Positions 1 through 9,556 are shown, numbered from the stretch's first letter. The stretch is DNA of 64,000 nt from an uncultured Clostridia bacterium (GCA_948502395.1 CAOPES010000001.1:64957-128956); one strand, 5' to 3'. Translations and numbers: made by a program. Notes: generated by a model from the letters alone, not told the origin.

Positions 1-968
1 TTTTCTATCATATCTTTGCCAGCCAATCCGACATGCATTGCTGTACCACAGGCTACAAAGTAAATTTTATTTAGCCCTTGTAAATAGTCTTTTGTAAAGT
101 TTAGTTCTTCAAATTCACATTTTGAATTTTTATTTATTCTAGAGCCGATTGTTTCTCTAATAGCCTTTGGTTGTTCGTAAATTTCTTTTAGCATATAATC
201 CTCAAATTCGCCTTTTTCAGCGCTAGAAGCATTCCAGTCAATTAATTTGATTTCTTTATTAATTGGTTCTAAATTATTGTTATAGAATTTTGCATCATCT
301 TTTGATAAAACAACATATTCTAAATCATTTAAAAGATAGAATTCTTTTGTATATGAAAGCATAGCAGGAATATCAGAAGAAATATAATTTTCTCCATTTC
401 CTTTTCCTATAACAAGAGGGCTATCTTTTCTTACAACTATCATATTATCAGGATAATCTTTACAAATAATTTCTAAAGCAAAACTTCCTTTTAAGCTATT
501 GCAAGCATTTTTTACAGCTCTTAAAAATTTTAGATCATCATTATCAGTTTCTTTTTTATAATAGTAATCAATTAAATTTGGTATAATTTCTGTATCTGTT
601 TGAGAATAGAAAGTATAACCATTATCACATAAAAGTTTTTTTAACTCATTGAAATTCTCAACTATCCCATTATGAACAACACTAAAAGTTTTTGTATTAT
701 CCATATGTGGGTGAGCATTTTCTTTTGAAGGTTTTCCATGTGTAGCCCATCTTGTATGAGCAATACCAATTGTTCCTTCCAAATTATCAATTTCTGGAAG
801 ATTATATAAATTTTTAACTCTTCCTTTATCTTTCATAGTAGAAAGACCTGTTTTTTCAATAGTTGAAATACCAGCTGAGTCATAGCCACGATATTCCAAT
901 TTTAAAAGTCCATTAATAAGAATAGGACTAGCTTTTTTGTTTCCTATGTATCCTACAATTCCACACAT
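1..968 (-). CDS. glmS: glutamine--fructose-6-phosphate aminotransferase, N-terminal part (gene continues beyond window start)
   Basis: Minus-strand ORF starting ATG at 968-966, translating MCGIVGYIGNKKASPILINGLLKLEYRGYDSAGIS... This is the class-II glutamine amidotransferase N-terminus with Cys2. Confidence 0.9.
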   Translation of the reverse strand, partial: MCGIVGYIGNKKASPILINGLLKLEYRGYDSAGISTIEKTGLSTMKDKGRVKNLYNLPEIDNLEGTIGIAHTRWATHGKPSKENAHPHMDNTKTFSVVHNGIVENFNELKKLLCDNGYTFYSQTDTEIIPNLIDYYYKKETDNDDLKFLRAVKNACNSLKGSFALEIICKDYPDNMIVVRKDSPLVIGKGNGENYISSDIPAMLSYTKEFYLLNDLEYVVLSKDDAKFYNNNLEPINKEIKLIDWNASSAEKGEFEDYMLKEIYEQPKAIRETIGSRINKNSKCEFEELNFTKDYLQGLNKIYFVACGTAMHVGLAGKDMIE

Positions 969-1004
969 AATATTTATTCCTTTCTTTTTCAAGGTAACAC
1001 AAAT

Positions 1005-1190
1005 AAACGTCCCTTGAACATGTTTGGAATTGAAATTATGCAAAGCTTGTATGTATTAAATTTTGTTGCAATATTGCTATTGTTTTTGTAATAATACTTA
1101 TGACTTCAAGCATAGCCACTAGAGAATCCGCCGAAAATTCGATAACCCTAGACCTCGTCAACATCAAATTGATGTACTGGCGCTTAAACT
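1005..1190 (-). ncRNA. glmS ribozyme (glmS 5' leader riboswitch/ribozyme)
   Basis: Reverse complement of about 1000-1190 contains the conserved core words AGCGCCAG (cleavage-site region), GACGAGG and GUUAUCGAAUUUUCGGCGGAU. It lies directly upstream of the glmS start codon. Confidence 0.8.
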
Positions 1191-1346
1191 AAAACAAACT
1201 CCTTTCCTTTAAATTTATATTTGCAAATTCCAATTTGTATTATTATATTACACTAAAAAACAAAATGTCACAAGTACTTGTGAAAAAAATTTTTTTAAAG
1301 TATAATACAATTGAAATAATTTAGAGAGAAGGGAGTAAAGAGAAGT

Positions 1347-2054
1347 ATGAAAAAAATAGGAATAGTAGTAGCAATGGACGAAGAATTTGAAGCAGTCGAA
1401 AACAAAATGAAAGACATACAAACAAAGCAAATATATAATTTAAGATTTACAATAGGAAAAATAGGGAAAAAAGAATGCATACTAGTAAAAAGCGGAGTAG
1501 GAAAAGTCCACTCAGCAAGAACAACACAAGTAATGATAGACAACTTTGACTTGGAATTTATAGTAAATGTTGGAGCTGCTGGAAGTGTAAACGATATGTT
1601 ACAAATAGGAGATGTAGTAATAGGAAAAGAAGTAGTACAACATGACTTTGACATCACTGCATTTGGACATAGCAAAGGATATATAACAGGAGTGGGGAAC
1701 AGTATAAAATGTGATGAGAAATTAGTAGAAAAATTAAAAGAAACTGTAAAAAACGGACCAGAAAGACAATATCAAATTAAATTAGGAGTTGTAGCGACAG
1801 GAGACATTTTCTGCGAAGACATAGCAATGAAAAACAAAATAAGAGCAAAATTTGATGCCGATGTTGTCGACATGGAATGTGGAGCAATAGCCCAAGTTGC
1901 GTATTTAGACAATATTCCATTTATTGTTATTAGAAGCGTTTCAGATACTCCTGACGGAAAAAATGCTAACACATTTGACCAAAACTTAAAACTAGCATCA
2001 AAGAGATGCGCAAATTTATTGGAAGATTTTTTGGGACAGGCCAAAAAAATCTAA
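1347..2054 (+). CDS. mtnN: 5'-methylthioadenosine/S-adenosylhomocysteine nucleosidase
   Basis: 235 aa. Motifs IGIVVAMDEE, KSGVGKVH, GAAGS, DITAFG, TGDIF, DMECGAIAQV and IRSVSD are typical of Pfs/MtnN. A TATAAT -10 lies upstream. Confidence 0.85.
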   Translation: MKKIGIVVAMDEEFEAVENKMKDIQTKQIYNLRFTIGKIGKKECILVKSGVGKVHSARTTQVMIDNFDLEFIVNVGAAGSVNDMLQIGDVVIGKEVVQHDFDITAFGHSKGYITGVGNSIKCDEKLVEKLKETVKNGPERQYQIKLGVVATGDIFCEDIAMKNKIRAKFDADVVDMECGAIAQVAYLDNIPFIVIRSVSDTPDGKNANTFDQNLKLASKRCANLLEDFLGQAKKI

Positions 2055-2132
2055 AATCGAAACTTTTTGGGACAGGCCAAAAAAATCCAAATCCAAAACT
2101 TTTTGGGCCTGTCCCAAAAAGTTTAAAAAAGG
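2043..2132. repeat. intergenic repeat/hairpin (GGGACAGGCCAAAAAAAT x2 plus inverted copy), probable terminator of mtnN
   Basis: Direct repeat ttgggacaggccaaaaaaatc occurs twice, followed by the inverted copy ctttttgggcctgtcccaaaaag. It belongs to the GGGACA-word repeat family. Confidence 0.5.
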
Positions 2133-2191
2133 GCTTGTATAAAAAGTGAAAATAAGTATATAATTTAAGAAGAGTGAAAGGAGTGATTTTT

Positions 2192-3268
2192 GTGGATAGA
2201 AAAATCAAAGTAGTTCAATATGGAGCAGGCAAAATGAGTGTATACACAATGAGATATGTATACGAAAAAGGAGCTGAAATAGTAGGAGCAATTGATGTAA
2301 ATCCAGCAGTTATAGGAAAAGACATCGGAGAAATAATGGGAACAGAAAATAAGGGAGTAAAGGTAGTAGGTTTAGAAGAGGCAGAAAAAATGATGCAAGA
2401 AACTAAACCAGATATTGCAATTGTAACAACAATGAGTTTAATAAATGATGTAGAAGATGCTTTAATGTTATGTGCAAAATTAGGTGTAAATGCAATAACA
2501 ACTTGTGAAGAAGCATTTTACCCAGCAAACTCTAACCCACAAGTAACAAAGAAAATAGACGATATGGCAAAACAAACAGGATGTACAATAACAGGAAGTG
2601 GATATCAAGATATATACTGGGGACAATTAATATCTAGTATTGCAGGTTCAACACAAACAATCAAAAAAATAAAAGGAAGTTCAAGCTACAATGTAGAAGA
2701 CTATGGAATAGCTTTGGCACAAGCACATGGCGCAGGTCTTACACTAGAAGAATTTGATAAACAAGTTGCATCAGTAGATAAAATATCAGACGAAGAAAGA
2801 CAAGCCATAATTGAAAAAGGAGAATATTTACCTTCATATATGTGGAATGTAAATGGTTGGTTATGTGAAAAGTTAGGACTAACAGTAAAATCTCAAACAC
2901 AAAAAACTATACCACAAACACATACAGAAGATATATACTCAAGTACATTAGGTATGACTGTAAAAGCAGGTGATGCAACAGGTATGAGTGCTGTTGTTAC
3001 AACTGAAACTAATGAAGGTATTACAATTGAAAGTGAATGTATTGGAAAAGTATATTCTGAAAATGATTTTGATAAAAATGAATGGACTGTAATTGGTGAA
3101 CCTGAAACAACGTTGGTTATTAATAGACCAGCAACAGTGGAACTTACTTGTGCAACTGTTGTAAATAGAATTCCTGATGTTATAAATGCTAAACCAGGTT
3201 ATGTTCCAACTGAACAAATGGGGGATTTGGATTATAAAGTTAAACCATTAAATGAATATGTTGACTAG
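2192..3268 (+). CDS. NAD(P)-binding oxidoreductase, DapB-like / amine dehydrogenase (2,4-diaminopentanoate dehydrogenase-like) family
   Basis: ORF with N-terminal Rossmann motif KIKVVQYGAGKMS. The ORF track starts at GTG 2174, but RBS aaaggagtga favours GTG 2192. The family assignment is from memory of Ord-like proteins, so confidence is moderate. Confidence 0.45.
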   Translation: MDRKIKVVQYGAGKMSVYTMRYVYEKGAEIVGAIDVNPAVIGKDIGEIMGTENKGVKVVGLEEAEKMMQETKPDIAIVTTMSLINDVEDALMLCAKLGVNAITTCEEAFYPANSNPQVTKKIDDMAKQTGCTITGSGYQDIYWGQLISSIAGSTQTIKKIKGSSSYNVEDYGIALAQAHGAGLTLEEFDKQVASVDKISDEERQAIIEKGEYLPSYMWNVNGWLCEKLGLTVKSQTQKTIPQTHTEDIYSSTLGMTVKAGDATGMSAVVTTETNEGITIESECIGKVYSENDFDKNEWTVIGEPETTLVINRPATVELTCATVVNRIPDVINAKPGYVPTEQMGDLDYKVKPLNEYVD

Positions 3269-3337
3269 GGACATTTGGGGACGTTTCCTTTTGGACATTT
3301 TGTCCATTTAGGGACACATCTATAAAATAGGATAAAA

Positions 3338-3364
3338 TAAAAAAGCTCTTTATGAGCTTTTTTT
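3338..3364. terminator. bidirectional rho-independent terminator hairpin
   Basis: aagctctttatgagctt stem-loop flanked by A-run and T-run, lying between the plus-strand CDS and the minus-strand tRNA. Confidence 0.6.
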
Positions 3365-3440
3365 GGTAGCGAAGATGTGATTCGAACACATGACCCTTCG
3401 GGTATGAACCGAATGCTCTAGCCAACTGAGCTACTTCGCC
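3365..3440 (-). tRNA. tRNA-Met (anticodon CAT), elongator-type (could be tRNA-Ile2 if lysidinylated)
   Basis: The reverse complement GGCGAAGTAGCTCAGTTGGCTAGAGCATTCGGTTCATACCCGAAGGGTCATGTGTTCGAATCACATCTTCGCTACCA folds as a cloverleaf. It has anticodon loop TTCATAC, a T-arm GTTCGAATC and an encoded CCA. Confidence 0.85.
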
Positions 3441-3524
3441 ATATTTAACTGACAGTATCCATTATACCGATAGTTTTGCCATTTGTCAAGACAAAAATAC
3501 AAGAAATTAAAAATTTCTTGCATT

Positions 3525-3842
3525 TCATTCTCTTTCTTTTTCTGTTTTGTCTAAATAATTTTGATAATTATTTTCAATAGATTTATTATTTGATAGTTCT
3601 TGTCTATCTATTTTTGCTTTACTAGATTTTCTTTTTGTTTTTTCAACACTATGGTTATATAATTCTTTTTCTATTTGTTTTATATGTGATGATGTATCAG
3701 TTAATAATTTTTTATCTTCTTCTGATAGACAACTAACAGTGTTTAATTGAAGGTCTTCATCAAATGAAGTTTCAATCTCGTCAGGTATCCAAAAAGACCT
3801 AAGTAAATCTATAAAATTTGTTTGTCTTTCTCTTATTCTCAT
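3525..3842 (-). CDS. hypothetical protein (105 aa, charged, K/E-rich), divergent from agrB
   Basis: ORF only; no recognisable motif. Confidence 0.35.
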   Translation of the reverse strand: MRIRERQTNFIDLLRSFWIPDEIETSFDEDLQLNTVSCLSEEDKKLLTDTSSHIKQIEKELYNHSVEKTKRKSSKAKIDRQELSNNKSIENNYQNYLDKTEKERE

Positions 3843-4104
3843 TTAATTCCTTAAAGTTCCCTTTAAGTTTTCACCTCTCTTTTTCTATAATACATAACAA
3901 TTTTAACATAAAAACAGCGAAAAATCAAGTGTTTTAGGTAAAATGGCTGCAAAAATATTTAAAAATAGGGCATATAATGCTAATAAAACAATAAATTGAG
4001 AACAAAACGAATATTAACATAAACACACAAATAAAATGTTCACAAAAAGGAAACGAAGGGTTGATATAGAAAAATAAAAATTACACTAAAAAAAGAGAGT
4101 AGAA

Positions 4105-4160
4105 TTTTACAAAATAAAATAAAATTTTTACAAATAAAAAAACAAATTTGAGTATACTAA
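4105..4160 (+). promoter_or_regulatory. predicted AgrA/LytTR-box promoter of agrBD (P2-like)
   Basis: Two TTTTACAAA 9-mers at 4105-4113 and 4126-4134 (centre-to-centre 21 bp) lie just upstream of a TATACT -10 at 4153-4158. This matches the canonical 9-bp direct repeats with 12-bp spacer bound by LytTR regulators. Confidence 0.5.
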
Positions 4161-4195
4161 TGATAAAATTTGGATAGAGCAAAAGAGGTGAGAAA

Positions 4196-4822
4196 ATGAT
4201 AGACAAAATCTGTACCTTTTTAACAAATAGAATTAGGAAAGAAATGCCAGAAGTAGATGATGAAAAAGCAGAAGTCATATTTTATGGACTACAAAATATA
4301 GTAGGAGAAATCCCAAAGATATTCATAATGCTTGCAATTGCTTATGTATTAGGGATTTTTAAATGGGCGTTATTCACTTTTTTAGCATTATTTCCATACA
4401 AAGGCGCATCAGGCGGAGTGCATTTAAAAACACATATTGGATGCCTTACTTTTACAACAATATTTTATTGCATAATACCGTTTATATCTCAGCATTTTGT
4501 AATGTCAGGTATAATTAAATATGCGATGATTTTTGCAGTATGGATATTTGGAATGATAATGATAAAATTATATGCACCAGCAGATACAGAAAATGTACCT
4601 ATTCTAAATTTAAAGGTTAGAAAGAAAAAACAAATCTTTTCTTATATCACATTTACAATAGGATTACTAGTAGCAGCAATTATAAATAATAGTATAATTA
4701 CAAATATATTGGTACTAGCAAATTTATTCCAAACAATAACAATAACAAAATTTATTTATAAAGCAACTAATAATAAATATGGATATGAAGTATATGATAA
4801 TACTTCTTTAGAAACAGTTTGA
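4196..4822 (+). CDS. agrB: accessory gene regulator B (AgrD-processing membrane peptidase)
   Basis: 208 aa polytopic membrane protein. The N-terminus MIDKICTFLTNRI and the segment PYKGASGGVHLKTHIGC resemble the AgrB family (the R..GG.H...C region). Confidence 0.8.
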   Translation: MIDKICTFLTNRIRKEMPEVDDEKAEVIFYGLQNIVGEIPKIFIMLAIAYVLGIFKWALFTFLALFPYKGASGGVHLKTHIGCLTFTTIFYCIIPFISQHFVMSGIIKYAMIFAVWIFGMIMIKLYAPADTENVPILNLKVRKKKQIFSYITFTIGLLVAAIINNSIITNILVLANLFQTITITKFIYKATNNKYGYEVYDNTSLETV

Positions 4823-4891
4823 TATAAAATATATACCGGTTGTATTTTATATTATATAATTTTCACAATACTAACTAAGGAGGAATTTATT

Positions 4892-5005
4892 ATGTTCAAG
4901 TTTTTAGCAAGAGTTGCTGAAAAATATGCAAAATCAACAAATACAGCTTGCGCAGTACTTGCAATATTTCATCAACCTAAAATGCCAAAATGTATGATAA
5001 AATAA
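4892..5005 (+). CDS. agrD: autoinducing peptide precursor AgrD (37 aa)
   Basis: Small ORF with RBS aaggagga, not in the ORF track. It translates to MFKFLARVAEKYAKSTNTACAVLAIFHQPKMPKCMIK. This shows an amphipathic N-terminus, a Cys-containing core and an HQP..PK tail as in clostridial AgrD (cf. C. perfringens ...SACLWFTHQPEEPK). Confidence 0.7.
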   Translation: MFKFLARVAEKYAKSTNTACAVLAIFHQPKMPKCMIK

Positions 5006-5048
5006 ATAAAAGAAAGAGAAATTATTATAAAACTTCTCTTTCTATTTT

Positions 5049-6398
5049 TTATTTGTAATAAATTTCTAATTGTTGTTTAAAGAATTTATCATCTTTGATA
5101 GTGCGTAAATGAACATTTTGATTTTTGTTGACAAGTTTACGAACTTCCCATAATCCTAATCCAGTATGATTTTCTTTGCCAGAAATACCTTTTTCAAAAA
5201 TCTTTTCTGTATCAACTGTTTTATCAGCATATGTATTTTCTACGATTAATAACTGAGTATGATTTTTAGTGTCGTTTCTAAATATTAGATTTATAATTTT
5301 TTCTTCACACTCTGAACTTGCTTCAATAGCATTATCTAATAGAATTCCTAATATTCTTGCAAATTCGTAAATTTTCATATGTAAGGTATTTAAATCTAAT
5401 AAAAATGTGATATTTACTTTTATATCTTTCGAATCAGCTTCATGATATTTCTTTGTTAACAAGTTATAAATTCCATCATTGTTTACTACTTCTGGGTTTA
5501 AAATATATAAATTATTAACTCTTTCAGAATCATCCACTAATTCAGAGTAATATTTTTCTAAGCCTTTCATGTCATTAGTTTTAATATATCCGCCAATTGT
5601 TGTAACCATATTATCAAAGTCATGTTTAAATGCTCTAACACTATCATGTAATACACGTAATGAATGATTGTATTCTTCCGCACTTTGTAATTTTCTAGTT
5701 GTTAATATCAGTTTAAATGTTCTTGTTAAACCATATATACTAATTGCAAAATAAACTAATAAAGAAATAAAACTCAATAATGTTATAGAAATAGGTAGTT
5801 TATCTACATAGTAAAACAATATCACTGATTGTATAATAATAGCAATTATACCAAAGAATAAGTTAGAAATTATTATTGTTTTATCTTTTCTATCTATATC
5901 TTCTAAGAATTCCAATTTTACGTTTTTATATCTTAATAGAAATATCCCAACTATTGTAAAGGTATATACAACAAACATGTAAATAAATCTGTAAACAGGA
6001 ATAGAATTTAATTGGTAAGTATCTATGTGCAATAGTGTCAAAAAAGGATTTAATATGAAAATACCTATTAGATTAAATACAATTAGAGCTATTGCGTATG
6101 AAACCAGAGCCTTAAAAAATGATTTTTTAAAGATAATACATACAAGAATAATTGCAGTAATATAATTAACAAATACATTAAATGGACTAGGCATAAGTGA
6201 ATTTGCAATTAGTGTAATGCATGATGTTAGAAAAGTATAAATCAATTTCCTACACTTAGAAGAGTTAATATTTGCAATACATATGCAAAGTGACATTATA
6301 AGAAATATTTCGATAAAAGCAGTAGGTATTAGTAATATATTAATCAACCCTTCATTCGGCGTACTTACAGCCATCCATAAATTATTCAAAATTTCCAT
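5049..6398 (-). CDS. agrC: AgrC-like sensor histidine kinase (HPK10 family, GHKL ATPase)
   Basis: 449 aa with about 6 N-terminal TM helices and a C-terminal HATPase_c region (N-box NAIEAS, G-box GLGLW). It overlaps the downstream LytTR regulator gene. Confidence 0.75.
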   Translation of the reverse strand: MEILNNLWMAVSTPNEGLINILLIPTAFIEIFLIMSLCICIANINSSKCRKLIYTFLTSCITLIANSLMPSPFNVFVNYITAIILVCIIFKKSFFKALVSYAIALIVFNLIGIFILNPFLTLLHIDTYQLNSIPVYRFIYMFVVYTFTIVGIFLLRYKNVKLEFLEDIDRKDKTIIISNLFFGIIAIIIQSVILFYYVDKLPISITLLSFISLLVYFAISIYGLTRTFKLILTTRKLQSAEEYNHSLRVLHDSVRAFKHDFDNMVTTIGGYIKTNDMKGLEKYYSELVDDSERVNNLYILNPEVVNNDGIYNLLTKKYHEADSKDIKVNITFLLDLNTLHMKIYEFARILGILLDNAIEASSECEEKIINLIFRNDTKNHTQLLIVENTYADKTVDTEKIFEKGISGKENHTGLGLWEVRKLVNKNQNVHLRTIKDDKFFKQQLEIYYK

Positions 6399-7095
6399 AA
6401 TTTTTAATCACCTCCAATAAATCAGATTTATATTTAGGACCGATATCACAAAAACTATCATCCCTAAAAGTAATAGTTCCAGAAACCGGTTCAATATCCT
6501 TAATCTGCAAAACATTAGCAACACAAGACTTATGACATCTCATATAAAAATCAGGCAACCTATCCTGAAACTTAGCAAAAGAGCTATAAACATCATAATC
6601 ACGAGAAGCAGTATGAAAAACAAGCTTCATACCATCCCTTCTAATATATTGCACTTCATTTGCATCAACAACAGTACTCTTATTATCAAGCTTAATATAC
6701 CTTTTAGGAGTACCATTAACATCATCAAAAAGTCGACAAATAGTCTCAGACAACCTATCATAAGTAATAGGCTTAGCCAAATAATCAAAAGTTTTAAACT
6801 TATAAGCAAGCATAGCATATTCCAAATGACCAGTAGTAAAAATAATATAAGAATCCTTATTTACCTTTCTAATTGCCCTTGCCAAATCCAATCCAGTTTT
6901 ATCAGACTTCAAATTTATATCCAACATAATAACATCAGCTTTATTACCAGTAACAAAGTTAAGCATATCAGAAGAATTTGAAGTCTTATAAGAAACACAA
7001 GCTTCGAAATTATTTTTTGCAAAGATATTTTCTAACATTTTTTCTAGTCTATCCAAAAGACCTAAGTTATCATCACATAAAGCAAAATGTAACAT
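6382..7095 (-). CDS. agrA: LytTR-family response regulator (AgrA-like)
   Basis: 237 aa with an N-terminal receiver domain (CDDN...IMLDINL) and a C-terminal LytTR DNA-binding domain. Confidence 0.85.
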   Translation of the reverse strand: MLHFALCDDNLGLLDRLEKMLENIFAKNNFEACVSYKTSNSSDMLNFVTGNKADVIMLDINLKSDKTGLDLARAIRKVNKDSYIIFTTGHLEYAMLAYKFKTFDYLAKPITYDRLSETICRLFDDVNGTPKRYIKLDNKSTVVDANEVQYIRRDGMKLVFHTASRDYDVYSSFAKFQDRLPDFYMRCHKSCVANVLQIKDIEPVSGTITFRDDSFCDIGPKYKSDLLEVIKNYGNFE

Positions 7096-7702
7096 ACAAT
7101 TTTCTCCCCTTCAAAATAAATATAATATAAAAAGACAGGAAACGAGATAATTCGACAAAAATAAAAAAATTACCTTATTTTTCCAGTCAATACAATAATA
7201 TAATCCAAAATCTGCATATTGTCAATATTTATTTACAAAATTATCCAATTCTTAAAACAAACAGTATCACTACGATTTAGGAACTAATACTATAAATATC
7301 ATCAATCAAGATAACATAAAGTTTTGAGAATTACATTATACATCATAATTTACATAAAATCAAGAGCTGCCGAAAAAAGTCGATGAAAAGTTGAAAAAAA
7401 TTAAATAAAAAGATTGAAAAAATATATAAAATCTGATATATTAATAAATGTGCAGATTATATAGAATTTTTTGTATATAAAAGCATTATAACATTTTTAT
7501 TAATGCTAAAATCTGTATTAATTCTAATTTAAATTCGAGAAAATTTTTATCGAAACAAAAACTCAAAAAGCAAATAAAAATAAGAAAAAAGGTGATAAAA
7601 AAAGAAAAATAAAGCAAAGACAGAAAACAAAGATGTTTTTACTAATAAAGAAATATTGACAATAGAATAAAAATATATTAAAATGAAAGCGAGGAATAAA
7701 AA

Positions 7703-8758
7703 ATGTATTTATTTACATACAAAGAATATTTGAGATGTACAAAGCCAAGAGCGATATATGAATTAAGAGAAGAAAGTACAGAATATAATCTAAATATTGA
7801 GCAAGAAAAAACACATCAATATAAAGATAAAATTTTTAAAGAAATATTAAGCAATAAAAAAGAAGTTATAAATTTTCTGAAAAAATATTTCAAAGACGAA
7901 ATATTTGAAAAACTAACTGAAAACGACATAGAAAAATACAATAAAGAATTTATAACATCAAGATTTGAAAAGCAAGAAGCAGATATAGTATATCAAATAC
8001 CAAAAGAAAATTTATATATAATTATAGAACATCAAAGCAAAGTAGACTATAATATGCCTGAGAGAATGACAAAATATTGCATAGAATTAAGAAGAGACAT
8101 AAGAAAATCAAGCAAAAAATGGATTGAGCCAGATATTTGCCCAATAGTATTATATACAGGGCACAGAAAGTGGAATGTACCTAATGAAAAAGAAGTGAAA
8201 AGAAGATTTATAATGGAAATATTTCAATGTACAAAGTATAATTTTGTTGATATAAATAATGAAATAGAAGAAAATCTAGTAAAAGAAGATACAGGGATGT
8301 CAAAAGCATTACTGTTTGAAAGAATAAATTCAAAAGAAGAACTAAAAAAAGCAATGATTGAAATATTGAAAAAGAATTTAACAAAAGAAGAAAAGGAATA
8401 TATAGCAAAGATGCTTAAATATTCTAACAAAATCAGAGAAATTATGCCAGAAGAAAGAAAAGATTATATTAGAAAATTAGAAAAAGGAGAGAATGAAGAA
8501 ATGAGATTTGAAAAATATTTTATTGAATGGCTAGAAGAAAAAGAAATGGAAGGAGAGAAACGTGGAGAAATACGTGGGGAAAAACGTGGGGAAAAACGTG
8601 GAGAAATACGTGGGGAGAAACGTGGCGAGAAGATAGGAATAGCAAAAGCAATAAAACAAATGGTAAAAGAAATGTTACAAAAACAAATGAGTGATAAGGA
8701 CATAATGGACATAACTAAAATAGACGAAAAGGAGCTACAAAAATTAAAAATGGCATAA
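7703..8758 (+). CDS. Rpn/YhgA-like putative transposase / PD-(D/E)XK nuclease family protein with C-terminal GEKRGE(I/K)RGE tandem repeats
   Basis: 351 aa. The IIEHQS motif and overall N-terminal pattern match the YhgA-like 'Transposase_31' family. A C-terminal repeat region is present. Confidence 0.55.
   Translation: MYLFTYKEYLRCTKPRAIYELREESTEYNLNIEQEKTHQYKDKIFKEILSNKKEVINFLKKYFKDEIFEKLTENDIEKYNKEFITSRFEKQEADIVYQIPKENLYIIIEHQSKVDYNMPERMTKYCIELRRDIRKSSKKWIEPDICPIVLYTGHRKWNVPNEKEVKRRFIMEIFQCTKYNFVDINNEIEENLVKEDTGMSKALLFERINSKEELKKAMIEILKKNLTKEEKEYIAKMLKYSNKIREIMPEERKDYIRKLEKGENEEMRFEKYFIEWLEEKEMEGEKRGEIRGEKRGEKRGEIRGEKRGEKIGIAKAIKQMVKEMLQKQMSDKDIMDITKIDEKELQKLKMA
8552..8633 (+). repeat. in-frame 15-bp tandem repeat (about 5.5 copies) encoding GEKRGE(I/K)RGE
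   Basis: Periodic 15-nt unit gagaaa(c/t)acgtgg(a/g)g visible directly in the sequence. Confidence 0.8.
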
Positions 8759-8839
8759 TAGGCAATTGAAATTTGGCACTATAAAAAACCACAATTTTTA
8801 AATTATATGTTTAAAAGTTGCGGTTTTTTGCTATTAAAA

Positions 8840-9556
8840 TTAAATTAATACTTGTGATGTTTCAGAAAGAGCCCCTAACAAATCAGATTTATATTTTGGT
8901 CCAATATCACAAGAACTACCATCTTTAAAAGTAATTGTTCCAGATACTGGTTCAACATCTACAATTTGCGAAATATTAGCAATACAAGATTTATGACATC
9001 TTTTATAAGAGTCAGGTAATCTATCTTGGAACTTATTAAAAGAACTATAAATCTCGTAATCACGTCCTGCGGTATGGAAAACAAGTTTCATACCATCTCT
9101 CTTTATAAAGTGTACTTCTGAAGCATCAACAAGAGTATTTTTATTATCAAGTTTAATGTATCTTTTAGGAGTTCCATTAATATCTTCAAAAAGTCTTAGT
9201 ATAGTCTCTTCTAATCTATCGTATGTAATTGGTTTAGCTAAATAGTCGAATGTTTTAAATTTATAAGCAACCATAGCATACTCTAAATGAGCAGTAGTAA
9301 ATATTATATAAGCATCCTTGTTTACTTTTCTAATTGCTTCTGCTAGCTCTAATCCTGTTTTGTTACATTTTAAATTGATGTCTAACATTATTACATCAAC
9401 CTTATTATTGCTAACATATTCAAGCATATCTGTTGTGTCTGAACACTTATAAGAAACAGTAGCTTCGAAATTGTTTTTTACAAAGATATTGTCTAGCATT
9501 TTTTCTAATCTGTCTAAAATATTTAAATTGTCATCACATATAGCAAATTTTAGCAT
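8840..9556 (-). CDS. orphan LytTR-family response regulator (AgrA paralog)
   Basis: 238 aa, roughly 75% identical to the agrA product at 6382-7095. No kinase gene is adjacent. Confidence 0.8.
   Translation of the reverse strand: MLKFAICDDNLNILDRLEKMLDNIFVKNNFEATVSYKCSDTTDMLEYVSNNKVDVIMLDINLKCNKTGLELAEAIRKVNKDAYIIFTTAHLEYAMVAYKFKTFDYLAKPITYDRLEETILRLFEDINGTPKRYIKLDNKNTLVDASEVHFIKRDGMKLVFHTAGRDYEIYSSFNKFQDRLPDSYKRCHKSCIANISQIVDVEPVSGTITFKDGSSCDIGPKYKSDLLGALSETSQVLI

Noticed and set aside
3365-3440. tRNA as initiator tRNA-fMet
   Set aside because: It has a G1-U72 pair rather than a C1xA72 mismatch, and lacks three consecutive G-C pairs in the anticodon stem. It is more likely elongator Met (or Ile2).
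6532-6981. 149-aa plus-strand ORF antisense to agrA
   Set aside because: It is wholly contained within, and antisense to, the well-supported LytTR regulator gene. Its composition is low-complexity.
8552-8633. Possible CRISPR array because of short regular repeats
   Set aside because: The repeats are 15 bp, contiguous without spacers, and in frame inside a CDS (GEKRGE(I/K)RGE). This is a coding tandem repeat, not CRISPR. No cas genes are nearby.
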